Shown: in pieces, positions 27,213 to 37,300 of the stretch
Numbering within the stretch: position 1 is the stretch's first letter
How the letters are laid out: the number at the start of each line of letters is the position of its first letter
IMG/VR virus record: IMGVR_UViG_3300020577_010904
Span: 34,043 to 98,042 of that record
Direction: 5' to 3' (one strand)
DNA: 64,000 nt
DNA from: a virus
Lineage: Duplodnaviria; Caudoviricetes
Made by a program: the position numbers and the translations under genes
Notes under the pieces: generated by a model
Database searches by the model: none
The model's input: the letters and a program-made list of their open reading frames with translations, nothing else
Told to the model about the DNA's origin: nothing

Positions 27213-29018
27213 CTAATCAGCCGGAGAAATCAAAACGGCCGCCGTACGGATGATCCCAAGTTCTCCTGAGTAACCGTCAGATGTGTTCCTCGTGATCACG
27301 ATCTGCACGGTATCTCCCGCCACAACATTAAACTGGTTTGTCTTGGCTTCAACGTATTTGTTACCGGCCACCAAGCTGCCCAGGGAGGCCAGCGTGAGCG
27401 CCGTGTCAGTTGTTGGAATGGCCTGTGGCGTGCTAGTACCACGCGGCAAACGGCGATACCCAACGGTCATGTTCGGCAATGTGCCGTTTGTGGTTCCCAG
27501 AACAGTCAGACGCACTTCGATTTTTGTGCCAGATGCGATGCCGTCCGGCGGCACCTGGTATACACGAACAATTGAAGATTGGAAGTTAGGCGGGAACCCG
27601 ATGTACAGCACGCCACTTTCGTAGCGTTCCTTGGTGTCATGCAAGTATGTCACGATAGGTGGCAACTCACGATCGACTGGGTCGGGTGAGAGTCCGATTG
27701 TCGCGATGCCCTGGTGAACAGTCTCGCCGTCAATCACCTGTGAGTGTGTCGAGCTGATGTCCAGGCCAGACGGGGTCGCATTGATAATCCCTTCGAGCAC
27801 TGGTCCTTGCTTGAATTTATTGTCGACAATAGTTTTCAACACCAGGTGCCCGGCTTGATCAGTCTCGTCGATCACCAGTGCCAGGTCGGCACTCACAATC
27901 AAATCGCCGGTTGCGGCCGGCTGACCGTCACAACCGTACACACGAATGATGCTGTCCGGATCGGCCCGCAAGCTCGTAACGAGCGTTAGGGCCGCTTCGT
28001 ATAGTGTGCGGTTGAAATAGAGCGTCAGGAGCATATTGGTTGCCCGTGGACACTCGATATCGGTAATCGTCTGACTGACACTGTCTGCCGTACTGCCGTC
28101 AATGAAGTCGAAATCGGCAGGCCATGGCACGTCATCTGGACAGTTCGACAACCACCAGATGCCGTTTTTGTCGATCACCGCTAGGCCTTCTCGACCCATT
28201 GGCACTTCCGTACCGCCGGTTGTGTCTACACCTTTGTCCCAGATCAGCACACTGGCCTCGGGTGGCAGTGGTGGAAACAAGCGGCGCAACTGGGCGTGTT
28301 GACTGATGTTGTAGCCAAAGGCCGCATTGGCCGGCGCCTTGCCGTCGAAAATGGCATGGTTGGCGGGCAACCATCCGGGCATAGAACTGTCTGGATTTGT
28401 GATCTCAGCCCGTTCTCCCATGCCTGGGGCCACGTAATCGCCGGCCGGAACACAGTGCAGCGGAACCCGATAGTGCTGGTGATCTTCTGCCCACTGTCGC
28501 CACTGTGGAATTACCTGAACGTAGCCGTCACCAGTGGCATAAAGTACCGGTACGGACAAAGATCCGCGGCTTTGAACGAGCATCCCGGGGGTTGAACCTG
28601 ACAAATAGTACCGGCCTGCGGCCAATGGCTGGCCGTCCAGGGCGTTCGTGATGTCGAGTTTGATCCAACCCATCAGGAGAATGTCGGCGGTCGTTGTACC
28701 GGTCTTCTGATAGACCACGCCAAGGCACTCGGATTGCGGCGTCCCGAGCAGTACGCCCAAATCTGCGTCCAAGGCCACACTGGCCAGCGCAGCCTCGAAA
28801 CGAGCATTGTCGGAGTTCCAGTAAACCGCCTGGCTGGGCATCAGAGTCGGATCGATCGATTGTTCTCGAACGATGATCACCTGGCCAAGTAACGACAATT
28901 CGACCAAATCACGCAAATTTCGCGTGTTCTGCTCAAGCTGTTGTGTCGCGCGGGCTGTGGTTGAGGCGTCAACCGGCTCGCCATCCGCGACGTGCTGAAT
29001 TTCTTCAATGAAAGACAT
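27213..29018 (-). CDS. Virion structural protein (baseplate or fibre attachment)
   Basis: About 600-aa ORF in the baseplate cluster with a VYW...A.A...LGVV...GRYYLS..PG motif. Start taken as MSFIEE. Confidence 0.6.
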   Translation of the reverse strand: MSFIEEIQHVADGEPVDASTTARATQQLEQNTRNLRDLVELSLLGQVIIVREQSIDPTLMPSQAVYWNSDNARFEAALASVALDADLGVLLGTPQSECLGVVYQKTGTTTADILLMGWIKLDITNALDGQPLAAGRYYLSGSTPGMLVQSRGSLSVPVLYATGDGYVQVIPQWRQWAEDHQHYRVPLHCVPAGDYVAPGMGERAEITNPDSSMPGWLPANHAIFDGKAPANAAFGYNISQHAQLRRLFPPLPPEASVLIWDKGVDTTGGTEVPMGREGLAVIDKNGIWWLSNCPDDVPWPADFDFIDGSTADSVSQTITDIECPRATNMLLTLYFNRTLYEAALTLVTSLRADPDSIIRVYGCDGQPAATGDLIVSADLALVIDETDQAGHLVLKTIVDNKFKQGPVLEGIINATPSGLDISSTHSQVIDGETVHQGIATIGLSPDPVDRELPPIVTYLHDTKERYESGVLYIGFPPNFQSSIVRVYQVPPDGIASGTKIEVRLTVLGTTNGTLPNMTVGYRRLPRGTSTPQAIPTTDTALTLASLGSLVAGNKYVEAKTNQFNVVAGDTVQIVITRNTSDGYSGELGIIRTAAVLISPAD

Positions 29019-29025
29019 GGTCGGT

Positions 29026-29640
29026 TTACTCCCCGTCAACAATCACGAATGGCGATTCCCACGAGACGCCAATCTGCATGCCGGGGAGTTTAAGCAGTTG
29101 GTCGTCTCCGCTGAAATAGCCCCTGGCGACCACGATATCCTGGGTATAGTCCGCTTCAACCGGGCTGGCCACCAGCGCAGCGCCATAAACCTTGCTGTTG
29201 TGAGCGTCCCCGAACGGCAGGCCATGAATTCCTTCAGAGCCTTCAGTTTGCGCAAAAGACTCGATCAGGTTTCCGAAACCGGCCGCAAAGTAATCTTCAT
29301 AACCTTCTTCCACGGTGATCGCTGGCGTGCCGCGCAGGTCCACACGTAAGAAGTCGCAGTTCGGCGTGCTGCCGAGTGCTGTGTAGTACGGCAGGGCGTG
29401 CTGCGGGTTCAACTGGGTCACGGTAGGCAATGTAGCCAGGTCAGACGGTGCGGTCACGTTCTTGTATTCAACGTAGACCTTACGGATCCTGTACTTATAG
29501 CCACCTTCTGTGACGGCCTTGGCAGCCACGAAGCCCCACCACGGCAAGGCCTTGTTGCGTGTACGGACCTGGTGCAGCTCCGGGTGCCCCACATAAAAGG
29601 CTCGGATGCGGCTGCTCGGCATGCAAAAAGGTTGTTCCAT
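29026..29640 (-). CDS. Virion structural protein (baseplate)
   Basis: 204-aa ORF in the baseplate cluster. Confidence 0.55.
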   Translation of the reverse strand: MEQPFCMPSSRIRAFYVGHPELHQVRTRNKALPWWGFVAAKAVTEGGYKYRIRKVYVEYKNVTAPSDLATLPTVTQLNPQHALPYYTALGSTPNCDFLRVDLRGTPAITVEEGYEDYFAAGFGNLIESFAQTEGSEGIHGLPFGDAHNSKVYGAALVASPVEADYTQDIVVARGYFSGDDQLLKLPGMQIGVSWESPFVIVDGE

Positions 29641-29642
29641 GG

Positions 29643-31103
29643 TTACTCACAATTCGTAGCGACGTAGCGGATGCTGACGCGCTGGGCTGGGATTCTGACC
29701 AAACCGGAATTCGGCGTCGTGCCGAGGAATTGGCCAATCCGGTCGGCGCCGATTGTAAACTTTTGTTTGGGAGGCTGTAAGTCCACCAGAATCACCAGTA
29801 GGGTGTGTGGTGGCTTTAACTTATGGATAAACTTCAAATGGGCCTTCGCGGCATTGCGGAGTGCCGGACTGGTGAGTCGGATAACAAGCAAAGATCCACG
29901 GAACCAGTGCTTAATGAAAAATTCCAGCGGATTGATTGTTGTCGGGTTGGCGCCGTACTCAGACTGCAGGGCGTCCCAGAAGGACAAATCCGCCGCAACA
30001 AAGCGGGCTTGGACATTGTCAAAGAAGGCCCTGGCCGCTTCCGGTGTTCCGCCTACGTCGAAGGACACGCGCGGCGGCGAGACTGTTTGATCCACAACCA
30101 AGTCCACGTCGTCATTAAAAAGCATTAGCCCGTCAGCAACCCCAACAGCCATAATGCCGCGAGAGAGCCCAAGGGCCTTAAACCAGCTGGGTACATCTGG
30201 TTGCGAGAACTGTTGCAGAATCACATCATCTGTAATGAATGAGTTGGCCGGAATCGTGTCACCGACTCGGTACGGAGTCGACGATCCGGCGGGAATTCGA
30301 TAGATCGCGGCATCTGTGGCCAGGAAGTCGCCGGTCACGTCGGACCCGAGCGCCCGCACTACGGAGTTTGTTGGAACAAGCGGCACGCCAGTACCGGCGG
30401 CCAGAAGTTCACAGAAATCCTTGGTATTCGTACCAGTCACAATGCCTTCAGCGACTGGCAGCAAACCGGCGCGCTGTTGCGCGCTGTCCTGGTCTGATTG
30501 AAAACCATGCACGAAGCCGTACTGGTTATAGGTATCATGATGTTCAAAGGTGCCATCACAAATCCACAGTCCGGCAATGTGGTCGTCATCCTGCAGGCTG
30601 ACAGCGACACTGGCGTCCAACAGCGGATCTTCGCGGAAAATGAAAACGTGTCGTGTAATGTCGAGTAGGACATCCACACCCAAAAGCCAGCAACGGCCGC
30701 TGCCGTTGATCCTTGTCGTTAGATAACTGCAATTCCGCAAACCTGTTGGGGCTGGGTAAATAAAGAAAGTCGTATTCGCAACACCATACTCGTAGCGTCG
30801 GCCGTCTGTCTGCGGGCCGAACACGGCACCGTCACCATAATGCAGTAAGCCGCCTGTGATGGTATTCAGCTCTGAACTTTTCATTGTCAGTGAAGACCAA
30901 CGCACGCGACGATATGGATGCAGAGCCTCCCGGTTAATTGCTGAAAAGGCCTCGTCAGTCTGTACTGCAAACTGTTTGGCCAGTTCGGCAACTGCCTCGA
31001 ATAATGATTCTGTCTGTGCGGCCCCCTCGTACGTTTCGGACCAGAAAGATCCTGCTAAACGTCCGATACCGACCTTTGATGTTAGGGACTTGTCATTGTT
31101 CAT
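29643..31103 (-). CDS. Baseplate wedge protein (gpI-like position)
   Basis: Follows baseplate J by an ATGA overlap and has a C-terminal KPPHT motif like the P-A-H of wedge proteins. Confidence 0.6.
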   Translation of the reverse strand: MNNDKSLTSKVGIGRLAGSFWSETYEGAAQTESLFEAVAELAKQFAVQTDEAFSAINREALHPYRRVRWSSLTMKSSELNTITGGLLHYGDGAVFGPQTDGRRYEYGVANTTFFIYPAPTGLRNCSYLTTRINGSGRCWLLGVDVLLDITRHVFIFREDPLLDASVAVSLQDDDHIAGLWICDGTFEHHDTYNQYGFVHGFQSDQDSAQQRAGLLPVAEGIVTGTNTKDFCELLAAGTGVPLVPTNSVVRALGSDVTGDFLATDAAIYRIPAGSSTPYRVGDTIPANSFITDDVILQQFSQPDVPSWFKALGLSRGIMAVGVADGLMLFNDDVDLVVDQTVSPPRVSFDVGGTPEAARAFFDNVQARFVAADLSFWDALQSEYGANPTTINPLEFFIKHWFRGSLLVIRLTSPALRNAAKAHLKFIHKLKPPHTLLVILVDLQPPKQKFTIGADRIGQFLGTTPNSGLVRIPAQRVSIRYVATNCE

Positions 31104-32716
31104 TGGTTGAGCGTATTAAATGAGATGTCGCTTGGGTCCAAAAAGAATCCAACTGTGTTCGGTGTGATCATATGTGCGGCATCGTCCGGGGCCACGAGGA
31201 ACTCGAAACTCCGGTACAATTTCTTGCTGCCGTCCGGGCCAAGAATAACACCAGTCAAACGCACACGCTGCAGGTTAATTCCTGCTGGCAGGAAACTTGA
31301 CACAATGCTGATCACCCGACTGGCAAATACGCCGGAGCCGAAATTGATTTGGTTTACATAACTGGCCAGTGCTGTGGCGATCTTGGTGGTTGGTAATTCC
31401 GACGTGATCCGATCGAAGTCAATATCCAATGACACCAAACACGGCACTGCCGCACGGACCACAATGTCCCCGGCTAAAGGTTTCAAATTTGCGGTGGTCA
31501 ATGCGGCCTGCAGGGTATCAATACCGGTCAAGGCTGATCCGGTCAGTTGGTAATCTACCGTGGTCACATTTTCTGTGAGGGTATCATCAGACTCTGCTGC
31601 ATCTGTGAAGGTCACCACGACGGTCTGGAAACGACTGAAGCCCGTCTCCAGTGCGTTCGCAATATCAGGATCGCCAGCCGTGTTGACGAAGCTCCGAACC
31701 GTAGAGGTTGGTGCCACAACAGCAGAGGCAATACGGCCAACACGTAGTAATCGAGTCACTGCGTACAAAGCCGGAATGTCATCACGGTCCAATGTGATTT
31801 GCCAGGTTGGACCATTTGCCCCTGTACCGACGAACAAAGCTGGTTTCACCAGGGTGAACACAGATGGAAGTGCCGGCGCTTTCACATAGACGTCAACGCG
31901 GTTACCGTAGGCGATCGGGAACAACGAGTGTTTGTCGCGAAGCATCTCCGGATCCCCGGCGCCAATCACAGACACCAGGGCGTTTTCAAAACCGGTTTGC
32001 TGACGAATCAAGGCAGTCAGGTTGGTGTTATTCGACCAACTGTGCGCGGCGATACCGGCCTCCAGACGAAGCACCAGGTCCGCGTTGGATTCAGGATCCG
32101 TGGCATCGGTGAAGTCTTCTGTTGCAAAGATCCGGATTAAGAATGGCAAGGCTTTCTGGCTGGTCAGCAAGTCACCTTGGCGCAGCCCGCCGCTGGAACC
32201 GATCGCGACAGCTTGCACATCCACAGAAGCCACGAACGTACCGTCCGGCTGCAGAACCAACACGACGTCCGTATCGGACAGTACATCGGCAGCCGAGAGG
32301 CGGATTGCGAAACTGGCCGTCGCCGTAAAGTCTCGCGTGCCAGCGGAAAAGACAAATCCTTGCGGAATCACAAGCGGCACGGCTTGCGAAAACACAAGTG
32401 ACACCCGCCCGCGGCCGTAGCTACCAACACGGCGGGAGACGAAATAGTTCCCAAACAACTGATCAAGTGTGGCGTCGTCGATCGACCCTGGGTTTTGAAT
32501 GGCCAGCAGGATGCTGTTGGCATCCAGAAGTCGCGCGCGTTCGATGGCACCTCCGGCGCCGAGCACACCATGCAGCGTCAGAACCAGGTCACTGATGGCA
32601 CCACTGCGAGTGGCAATCTCCGGATGTTTTTCAACGACGATTTCCGTCTGCAGCGCACGTGCAGCGTCAAAGCTGGCCTGATCGATTTCGTCCCAACTTG
32701 TTACAGGAATCGGCAT
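31100..32716 (-). CDS. Baseplate J-like wedge protein
   Basis: GAISDLVL, LDQLFGNYFVSRRVG...GRV, IPQG..F, AVAIGSSG and ESNADL..R. Confidence 0.85.
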   Translation of the reverse strand: MPIPVTSWDEIDQASFDAARALQTEIVVEKHPEIATRSGAISDLVLTLHGVLGAGGAIERARLLDANSILLAIQNPGSIDDATLDQLFGNYFVSRRVGSYGRGRVSLVFSQAVPLVIPQGFVFSAGTRDFTATASFAIRLSAADVLSDTDVVLVLQPDGTFVASVDVQAVAIGSSGGLRQGDLLTSQKALPFLIRIFATEDFTDATDPESNADLVLRLEAGIAAHSWSNNTNLTALIRQQTGFENALVSVIGAGDPEMLRDKHSLFPIAYGNRVDVYVKAPALPSVFTLVKPALFVGTGANGPTWQITLDRDDIPALYAVTRLLRVGRIASAVVAPTSTVRSFVNTAGDPDIANALETGFSRFQTVVVTFTDAAESDDTLTENVTTVDYQLTGSALTGIDTLQAALTTANLKPLAGDIVVRAAVPCLVSLDIDFDRITSELPTTKIATALASYVNQINFGSGVFASRVISIVSSFLPAGINLQRVRLTGVILGPDGSKKLYRSFEFLVAPDDAAHMITPNTVGFFLDPSDISFNTLNQ

Positions 32717-32728
32717 TGCGGGTACCTA

Positions 32729-33172
32729 TCATGGCATTAGTGGAACCGGGAGGGTCAATGTCCGACTGTCACCCGACACGCTTAACAATTTGAGACTATA
32801 GGCTAACTGCAAAGGCGTGAAAGTCAGGCTGACGATCGACAGACTGGCGAAACGCTCGTCTGACGGATCATCTGACAGCTCAGCATCTTGCAGATTTTGC
32901 TGCAACTCGCCGACAGCATATTGAAAATAGGTGTGAGCGTCGATCTCATTTCGAATCCGGCCCTGCCGGACGAAGTTCAACAGAGACGTGCCATCGTTCG
33001 GCTCGAATGGCTTGGAGCCTTTGACTGTCAGCAGGCCAAGGAGCACGCGTTGTGCAAGTTTCAGGATACCGGTGACAGCGCGGCCCGTACCGTCCAATTC
33101 CCAAAGGCGTTGATCTGTCGCCAGATACGCATGTGCTGGTAATTGAAAAGCTGCGATGTCGTATGTTTTCAC
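32729..33172 (-). CDS. gp25/gpW-like baseplate protein
   Basis: GILKLAQRVLLGLLT.KGS.PF.P..GT.L motif, located just before baseplate J. Confidence 0.8.
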   Translation of the reverse strand: MKTYDIAAFQLPAHAYLATDQRLWELDGTGRAVTGILKLAQRVLLGLLTVKGSKPFEPNDGTSLLNFVRQGRIRNEIDAHTYFQYAVGELQQNLQDAELSDDPSDERFASLSIVSLTFTPLQLAYSLKLLSVSGDSRTLTLPVPLMP

Positions 33173-33174
33173 GC

Positions 33175-33597
33175 TTAACCTCCAGCCTTCAGGAGATCCT
33201 GAGCATAGTTGCGCACAGCACCAAAAACCCCTTTACCGTTTCCCTGACCACCATGTCGTGCTGCCGCGTGCATGACACAACGGATCCCACTGGCGTGCCG
33301 AAGTCGGAAGGCTCGCTCCATCTGCGAGACAGTGTCGAGTTGAGTCTTCAGACAACCAGCATCTCCGACCGTGGATCCAAGTTTTGTGCAAACACCCTGG
33401 TACTCTTCGTTGATCGGTGTTCGATCGAACGATGGTTGGTGGATATTTGGAATGTCAAATGGGTCGCCTGACCAATCGGATGGGTACATCCAGACACGCT
33501 GGGTGCCTGTGCTGCTTTCAGCCTGCTTTAGTTGACCGGAAAGGGTTTGCCAGTCGGCCAATCGATCGGTGAAGACTTCGTGAAGACTTGCGCCCAT
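33175..33597 (-). CDS. Hypothetical protein
   Basis: GGAGG precedes ATG 33597, which follows the sigma gene stop. Confidence 0.6.
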   Translation of the reverse strand: MGASLHEVFTDRLADWQTLSGQLKQAESSTGTQRVWMYPSDWSGDPFDIPNIHQPSFDRTPINEEYQGVCTKLGSTVGDAGCLKTQLDTVSQMERAFRLRHASGIRCVMHAAARHGGQGNGKGVFGAVRNYAQDLLKAGG

Positions 33598-33598
33598 A

Positions 33599-34408
33599 CT
33601 AACCTCCAAACATTTGTTGATCACGCAGCATGTTGAATCGTTCCTGGATGGCGGCCAGTCGTTGGCTGACCGCACCTGGCGTGACACCAACCTGCATTGC
33701 GATCGCACGACCGTCCAACTTAGGCCGTCCGTTGCGGCCCAGCGCGTAATCCATGATGACCTGATCTCGTGGTGTTAGATCTGAATAAACAAAGTTCTCC
33801 AAGATACTCTGTGGCGTTTCGTGTTCGACTTCAGGCCCGACGATCTCGCCATCGGCGTTATCAAAGGAAGCCTGACTCTCGGACACTGGACGTCGGTTCT
33901 GTCGTAGATAAACCAGACGCTTCACAGAGAGTCCGGTTCGGTCAGCGATCTCCGCGTCAGAGGGCTCACGGCCGAGTTCGTCCATAAGCTGTTGTGCGTG
34001 TTCGGCGACGTCCCGCTGCTGCAGCATGACCCGCTCAGGGATGTTGATTGGAACATCCAGGCGGCCAGAGATCCGCTTCAACCCCTGCAGGTGCCCCATC
34101 AGGTGGGTCCGCAGCCCGGCTTGCTTCGGGTCGTAGGTTTGCAGAGCCCCGAGGGCAATACGTTTCGCGTGCCCGCGAAGCGCTGGTGAATTGCCGAGGG
34201 GGCGTAGGGCACTGTCCAATACAGGTTGTACGTTGGTGATCAGTTTGCTGGCGTTCTCTGGGGTAGGCGCAGCCTTCCAGGTATTGAAACTATCTGCGTA
34301 TTCTGGCTCCAATCCGCGCGGCTTGTCCTGGTAGCCCCGCGGAGGATCATTCATCAGTTTGATCAGGTCTTCGTTAATTACTAGTCGATCAACTTTGTTC
34401 CGGGCCAA
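33599..34408 (-). CDS. Phage sigma-70-family RNA polymerase sigma factor (FliA/WhiG-like layout)
   Basis: Region 2 ALQTYDP..AGLRT, region 3 LGREPSDAEIA..TGLS, and region 4 LTPRDQVI...IAMQVGVTPGAVSQR. Confidence 0.9.
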   Translation of the reverse strand: MARNKVDRLVINEDLIKLMNDPPRGYQDKPRGLEPEYADSFNTWKAAPTPENASKLITNVQPVLDSALRPLGNSPALRGHAKRIALGALQTYDPKQAGLRTHLMGHLQGLKRISGRLDVPINIPERVMLQQRDVAEHAQQLMDELGREPSDAEIADRTGLSVKRLVYLRQNRRPVSESQASFDNADGEIVGPEVEHETPQSILENFVYSDLTPRDQVIMDYALGRNGRPKLDGRAIAMQVGVTPGAVSQRLAAIQERFNMLRDQQMFGG

Positions 34409-35982
34409 CCGTTCTCGTAAAAAGGCGGTGCGTCCATTGAAAAATCAGGATTCTCATTTTCCTGAACGGTCCTGATGTGCGATAGATTAAAGTCCGTCGC
34501 AATTCGCGGAGTTTCACTGTCGATCATGTAGGTCACACGGGTCACATCTCCAACCAGTGTTTTGGTTAGCACGTCTTTTTCAATGAAACGATCACCTGCC
34601 ACTTCAATGCTGACGGTACTGCCTGGTGCAATGTCCAGGCGGAATTTACCGCTGAGTTCCAACTGACGCAAACGCAGTTGCTCGTAGACATACAAGGCCT
34701 TCGCGAATGCGTCCATGATGTCTTTGCTCTTAATCTTCAAATCTTTGGGCTTCGGCGGTCCGTTGTCGTCACCGACACCAGGGTGCATTGCCGTACCGAT
34801 GATATTAACGCCGGCTCCAGCGGAACCGGCCGAGTACCGATCTGCTGCAATGATGTTGGATAACCATCGTGGCCCTTGTTTGAGCATCAACATACCGTTT
34901 TCAATGTTCTTCGCCGGATAGAGCCCACCAATACCCAGGGAAATTGGATCCTCGCCGGGCTCCCCGTTATCCACGCCCGTGGTTGAATTCAAACCGGAGA
35001 AAATCCCGACAGCTTTCAAGAGGCGCATCAATTGGACATTTGCTCCCATCAAGGCATAGTCTTTGGCCAGAATGGTTGCGAGCTGTTTGTTGGGGTTCCA
35101 GATTTCACGGAGACCAGGGACGAACGGCACGACAAGCGCGTCTTCCACACGTGGCACGATCGCGAACATGTAGCGACTGGCAAAGTCACCAGCCAATTTA
35201 CCCCAGAGCGTGGTATTCACCAGTGAGTCAAACGACTCAGACTCCACGTCATTCCAGACGGCATCGGCCAGTGACACAATGTCGGCGTCATGGGTGTTCA
35301 TCTTCAGCGGAACATAGTTACCGGCACTGGACGAGAAGCGGGCCAGCGCTTTTGCCGCGGTCGCGTTATTGTGCGTCGTTCCGAGCCAACTCATGTCGAC
35401 GTTATTGATTAAGTCTTCTTGGGTGAGTGCCTCTAACCATGGGAACAATCCGTCTTTCCAAAAGTCACTCTTGATTGTCGCGGCTGTCACAAAGCCTTCT
35501 TGTGTCTGCGCATGCCAACTGGCGCCGCCGGCACCAGGAATATCGTGAGCGGCCTTGTACGAGAACTGGGACGGATTGGTTGGATGACTCATGTCGCTCA
35601 GCGCGGACGAATAGTCCATGTCGAGCAGCCAGTGTCGAGCATGCAAAATTGCATGTTCGTGTTGCCGGCTTTTATTCCAGCTGATCCCCGTAAGATAACC
35701 TTGGAACAGTCGGAAGTTTGTCGGAAGAATATCGGCAGCCGGTTCACCGCCGCTGCTCATCGGAACGATGGAGACGAACAGTGAGATTTCAACCTGCGTC
35801 TTGAAGGTCTTCTTGTGGATCATGGCTGCCTTCAGACGCCGTTGCCCACGACCGACCGCCACCATGAACATCGCGTATGGGATGGTGTTGAGCTGGTAGG
35901 CCACGTTGGCCTTTACGCACTCAAACTCAATCCCGTCTACGACGAGCTTCGCAGCGACTTTGTATTCTGCCCAACCGCCCAT
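34381..35982 (-). CDS. Baseplate hub-like protein
   Basis: LFQGYLTG, G...IAPGSTV.I and G.VTRVT.I patterns, position after the tube-initiator gene, and a TAATG start. Confidence 0.6.
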   Translation of the reverse strand: MGGWAEYKVAAKLVVDGIEFECVKANVAYQLNTIPYAMFMVAVGRGQRRLKAAMIHKKTFKTQVEISLFVSIVPMSSGGEPAADILPTNFRLFQGYLTGISWNKSRQHEHAILHARHWLLDMDYSSALSDMSHPTNPSQFSYKAAHDIPGAGGASWHAQTQEGFVTAATIKSDFWKDGLFPWLEALTQEDLINNVDMSWLGTTHNNATAAKALARFSSSAGNYVPLKMNTHDADIVSLADAVWNDVESESFDSLVNTTLWGKLAGDFASRYMFAIVPRVEDALVVPFVPGLREIWNPNKQLATILAKDYALMGANVQLMRLLKAVGIFSGLNSTTGVDNGEPGEDPISLGIGGLYPAKNIENGMLMLKQGPRWLSNIIAADRYSAGSAGAGVNIIGTAMHPGVGDDNGPPKPKDLKIKSKDIMDAFAKALYVYEQLRLRQLELSGKFRLDIAPGSTVSIEVAGDRFIEKDVLTKTLVGDVTRVTYMIDSETPRIATDFNLSHIRTVQENENPDFSMDAPPFYENGWPGTKLID

Positions 35983-36776
35983 TATCGGATCCCTTGCCGT
36001 ACAAGATCGGTACGATGCGCGAGTGCCAGTAACACGCCGGCCAGGCGGAAGTGTAACTGTTCTGAGTGGTACCACCAGTCAGCGAACTGTTTGAAGCGAT
36101 CCGGAGTACCGGCACCGAACAAGGCTTCAGCAACACCCTCGGTCAGAACGTGTTCCAGAATTCCCGGAATATCAGTGATCGCTGTCTTAGGTTTCTTGAG
36201 CAGCGAGATCTGAAAGCTGTCTGACGCCGGCATGTTGCTGCCGCTTAAACAAACCGAGATACCTCCAGAATCTGGAAGCGGGAGGGGATTTGAAAGTCCG
36301 TTGGCCCAGCCATTCGGTGCCTGGACTGTGTTGGGTGCCAGTTCGATTAAACCGTACGTGCTGAAGTCAGATCCGATCACAGCCCATTGATATTCCAGTT
36401 TGCCTGTGTCGGTTTCCAAGGAGCCGTCTGGAATGACAAAACTGGCTTGCGTGGAGCCGTACTGCAACCCGACCAGCGGTTTGTGTGGTTCACGAAACAG
36501 ACGATCGTCCGTCAGATCGTAAGTGATTCGCGGATCATCCATCAGTGTGTACTGAACGATCTCGGCGGCGTGCAACAGCGGCATGTATTGACGTAACCGG
36601 TAGTTCATACCAGCGACATCGGGTGCTGAGCCGAACAAGGTTCGAACCAGGTTGAAGAGCAATGATGGCAGACGGACAGCCTGATAGTTCGGTTGAACGT
36701 ATTCGTAACCGAACTGCCCAGCTCCGACTTCCGTGCTGGATCGATTAAGCAGCAATGTTCGTACGTGATTGATCAT
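35982..36776 (-). CDS. Virion structural protein
   Basis: 264-aa ORF coupled to both neighbours. Confidence 0.6.
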   Translation of the reverse strand: MINHVRTLLLNRSSTEVGAGQFGYEYVQPNYQAVRLPSLLFNLVRTLFGSAPDVAGMNYRLRQYMPLLHAAEIVQYTLMDDPRITYDLTDDRLFREPHKPLVGLQYGSTQASFVIPDGSLETDTGKLEYQWAVIGSDFSTYGLIELAPNTVQAPNGWANGLSNPLPLPDSGGISVCLSGSNMPASDSFQISLLKKPKTAITDIPGILEHVLTEGVAEALFGAGTPDRFKQFADWWYHSEQLHFRLAGVLLALAHRTDLVRQGIR

Positions 36777-37300
36777 TGTGCGCTTTGCCCCAAGGCTTCT
36801 GGTGTCAGGTTCTTGAAGTACAGCGTGAACTGGCCGAGCTGCTGTTGTGGATCTGAGATCTCAGACTTGTGCCCGACCAGGAAAGCCTGGAAGCTCGCCA
36901 TCGCTGAAGTCCCGATGATGATACGCATCGGGCCAGGCCGTACGGCAATCCGGTTCGTATTGTAGAAGTCACACAACTGCTCAATACCGGACGGTTGTGC
37001 CACGTTGGCTGGTGAAGTTGCATCTGCCGGCCCGTCACTCGAGGTACACGACTCGGAGAACAACAGACCACTGATCGCTACATCTCCGATGCGTTCACCG
37101 AAGACGTAGACGTAGATGTACTCCTTCAACGTGTGCAGGAACTGATAGTTCCCACTTGATGAAATGCCAATGTGCGTAATGATCGCGCGAATGGCAGGGA
37201 AACCCGGCCAGTTGTCGAGCATGATTGTCATAGGCAGCTTACCAACTTCGCCGTTGATCGCTGTGACCTGACCTGGATGTGTTACATACAGTGTGGTCAT
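36773..37300 (-). CDS. Tail tube initiator-like protein
   Basis: Directly after the tape measure. YVYVFGERIGDVAISG is a tube-fold-like motif. Confidence 0.6.
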   Translation of the reverse strand: MTTLYVTHPGQVTAINGEVGKLPMTIMLDNWPGFPAIRAIITHIGISSSGNYQFLHTLKEYIYVYVFGERIGDVAISGLLFSESCTSSDGPADATSPANVAQPSGIEQLCDFYNTNRIAVRPGPMRIIIGTSAMASFQAFLVGHKSEISDPQQQLGQFTLYFKNLTPEALGQSAQ

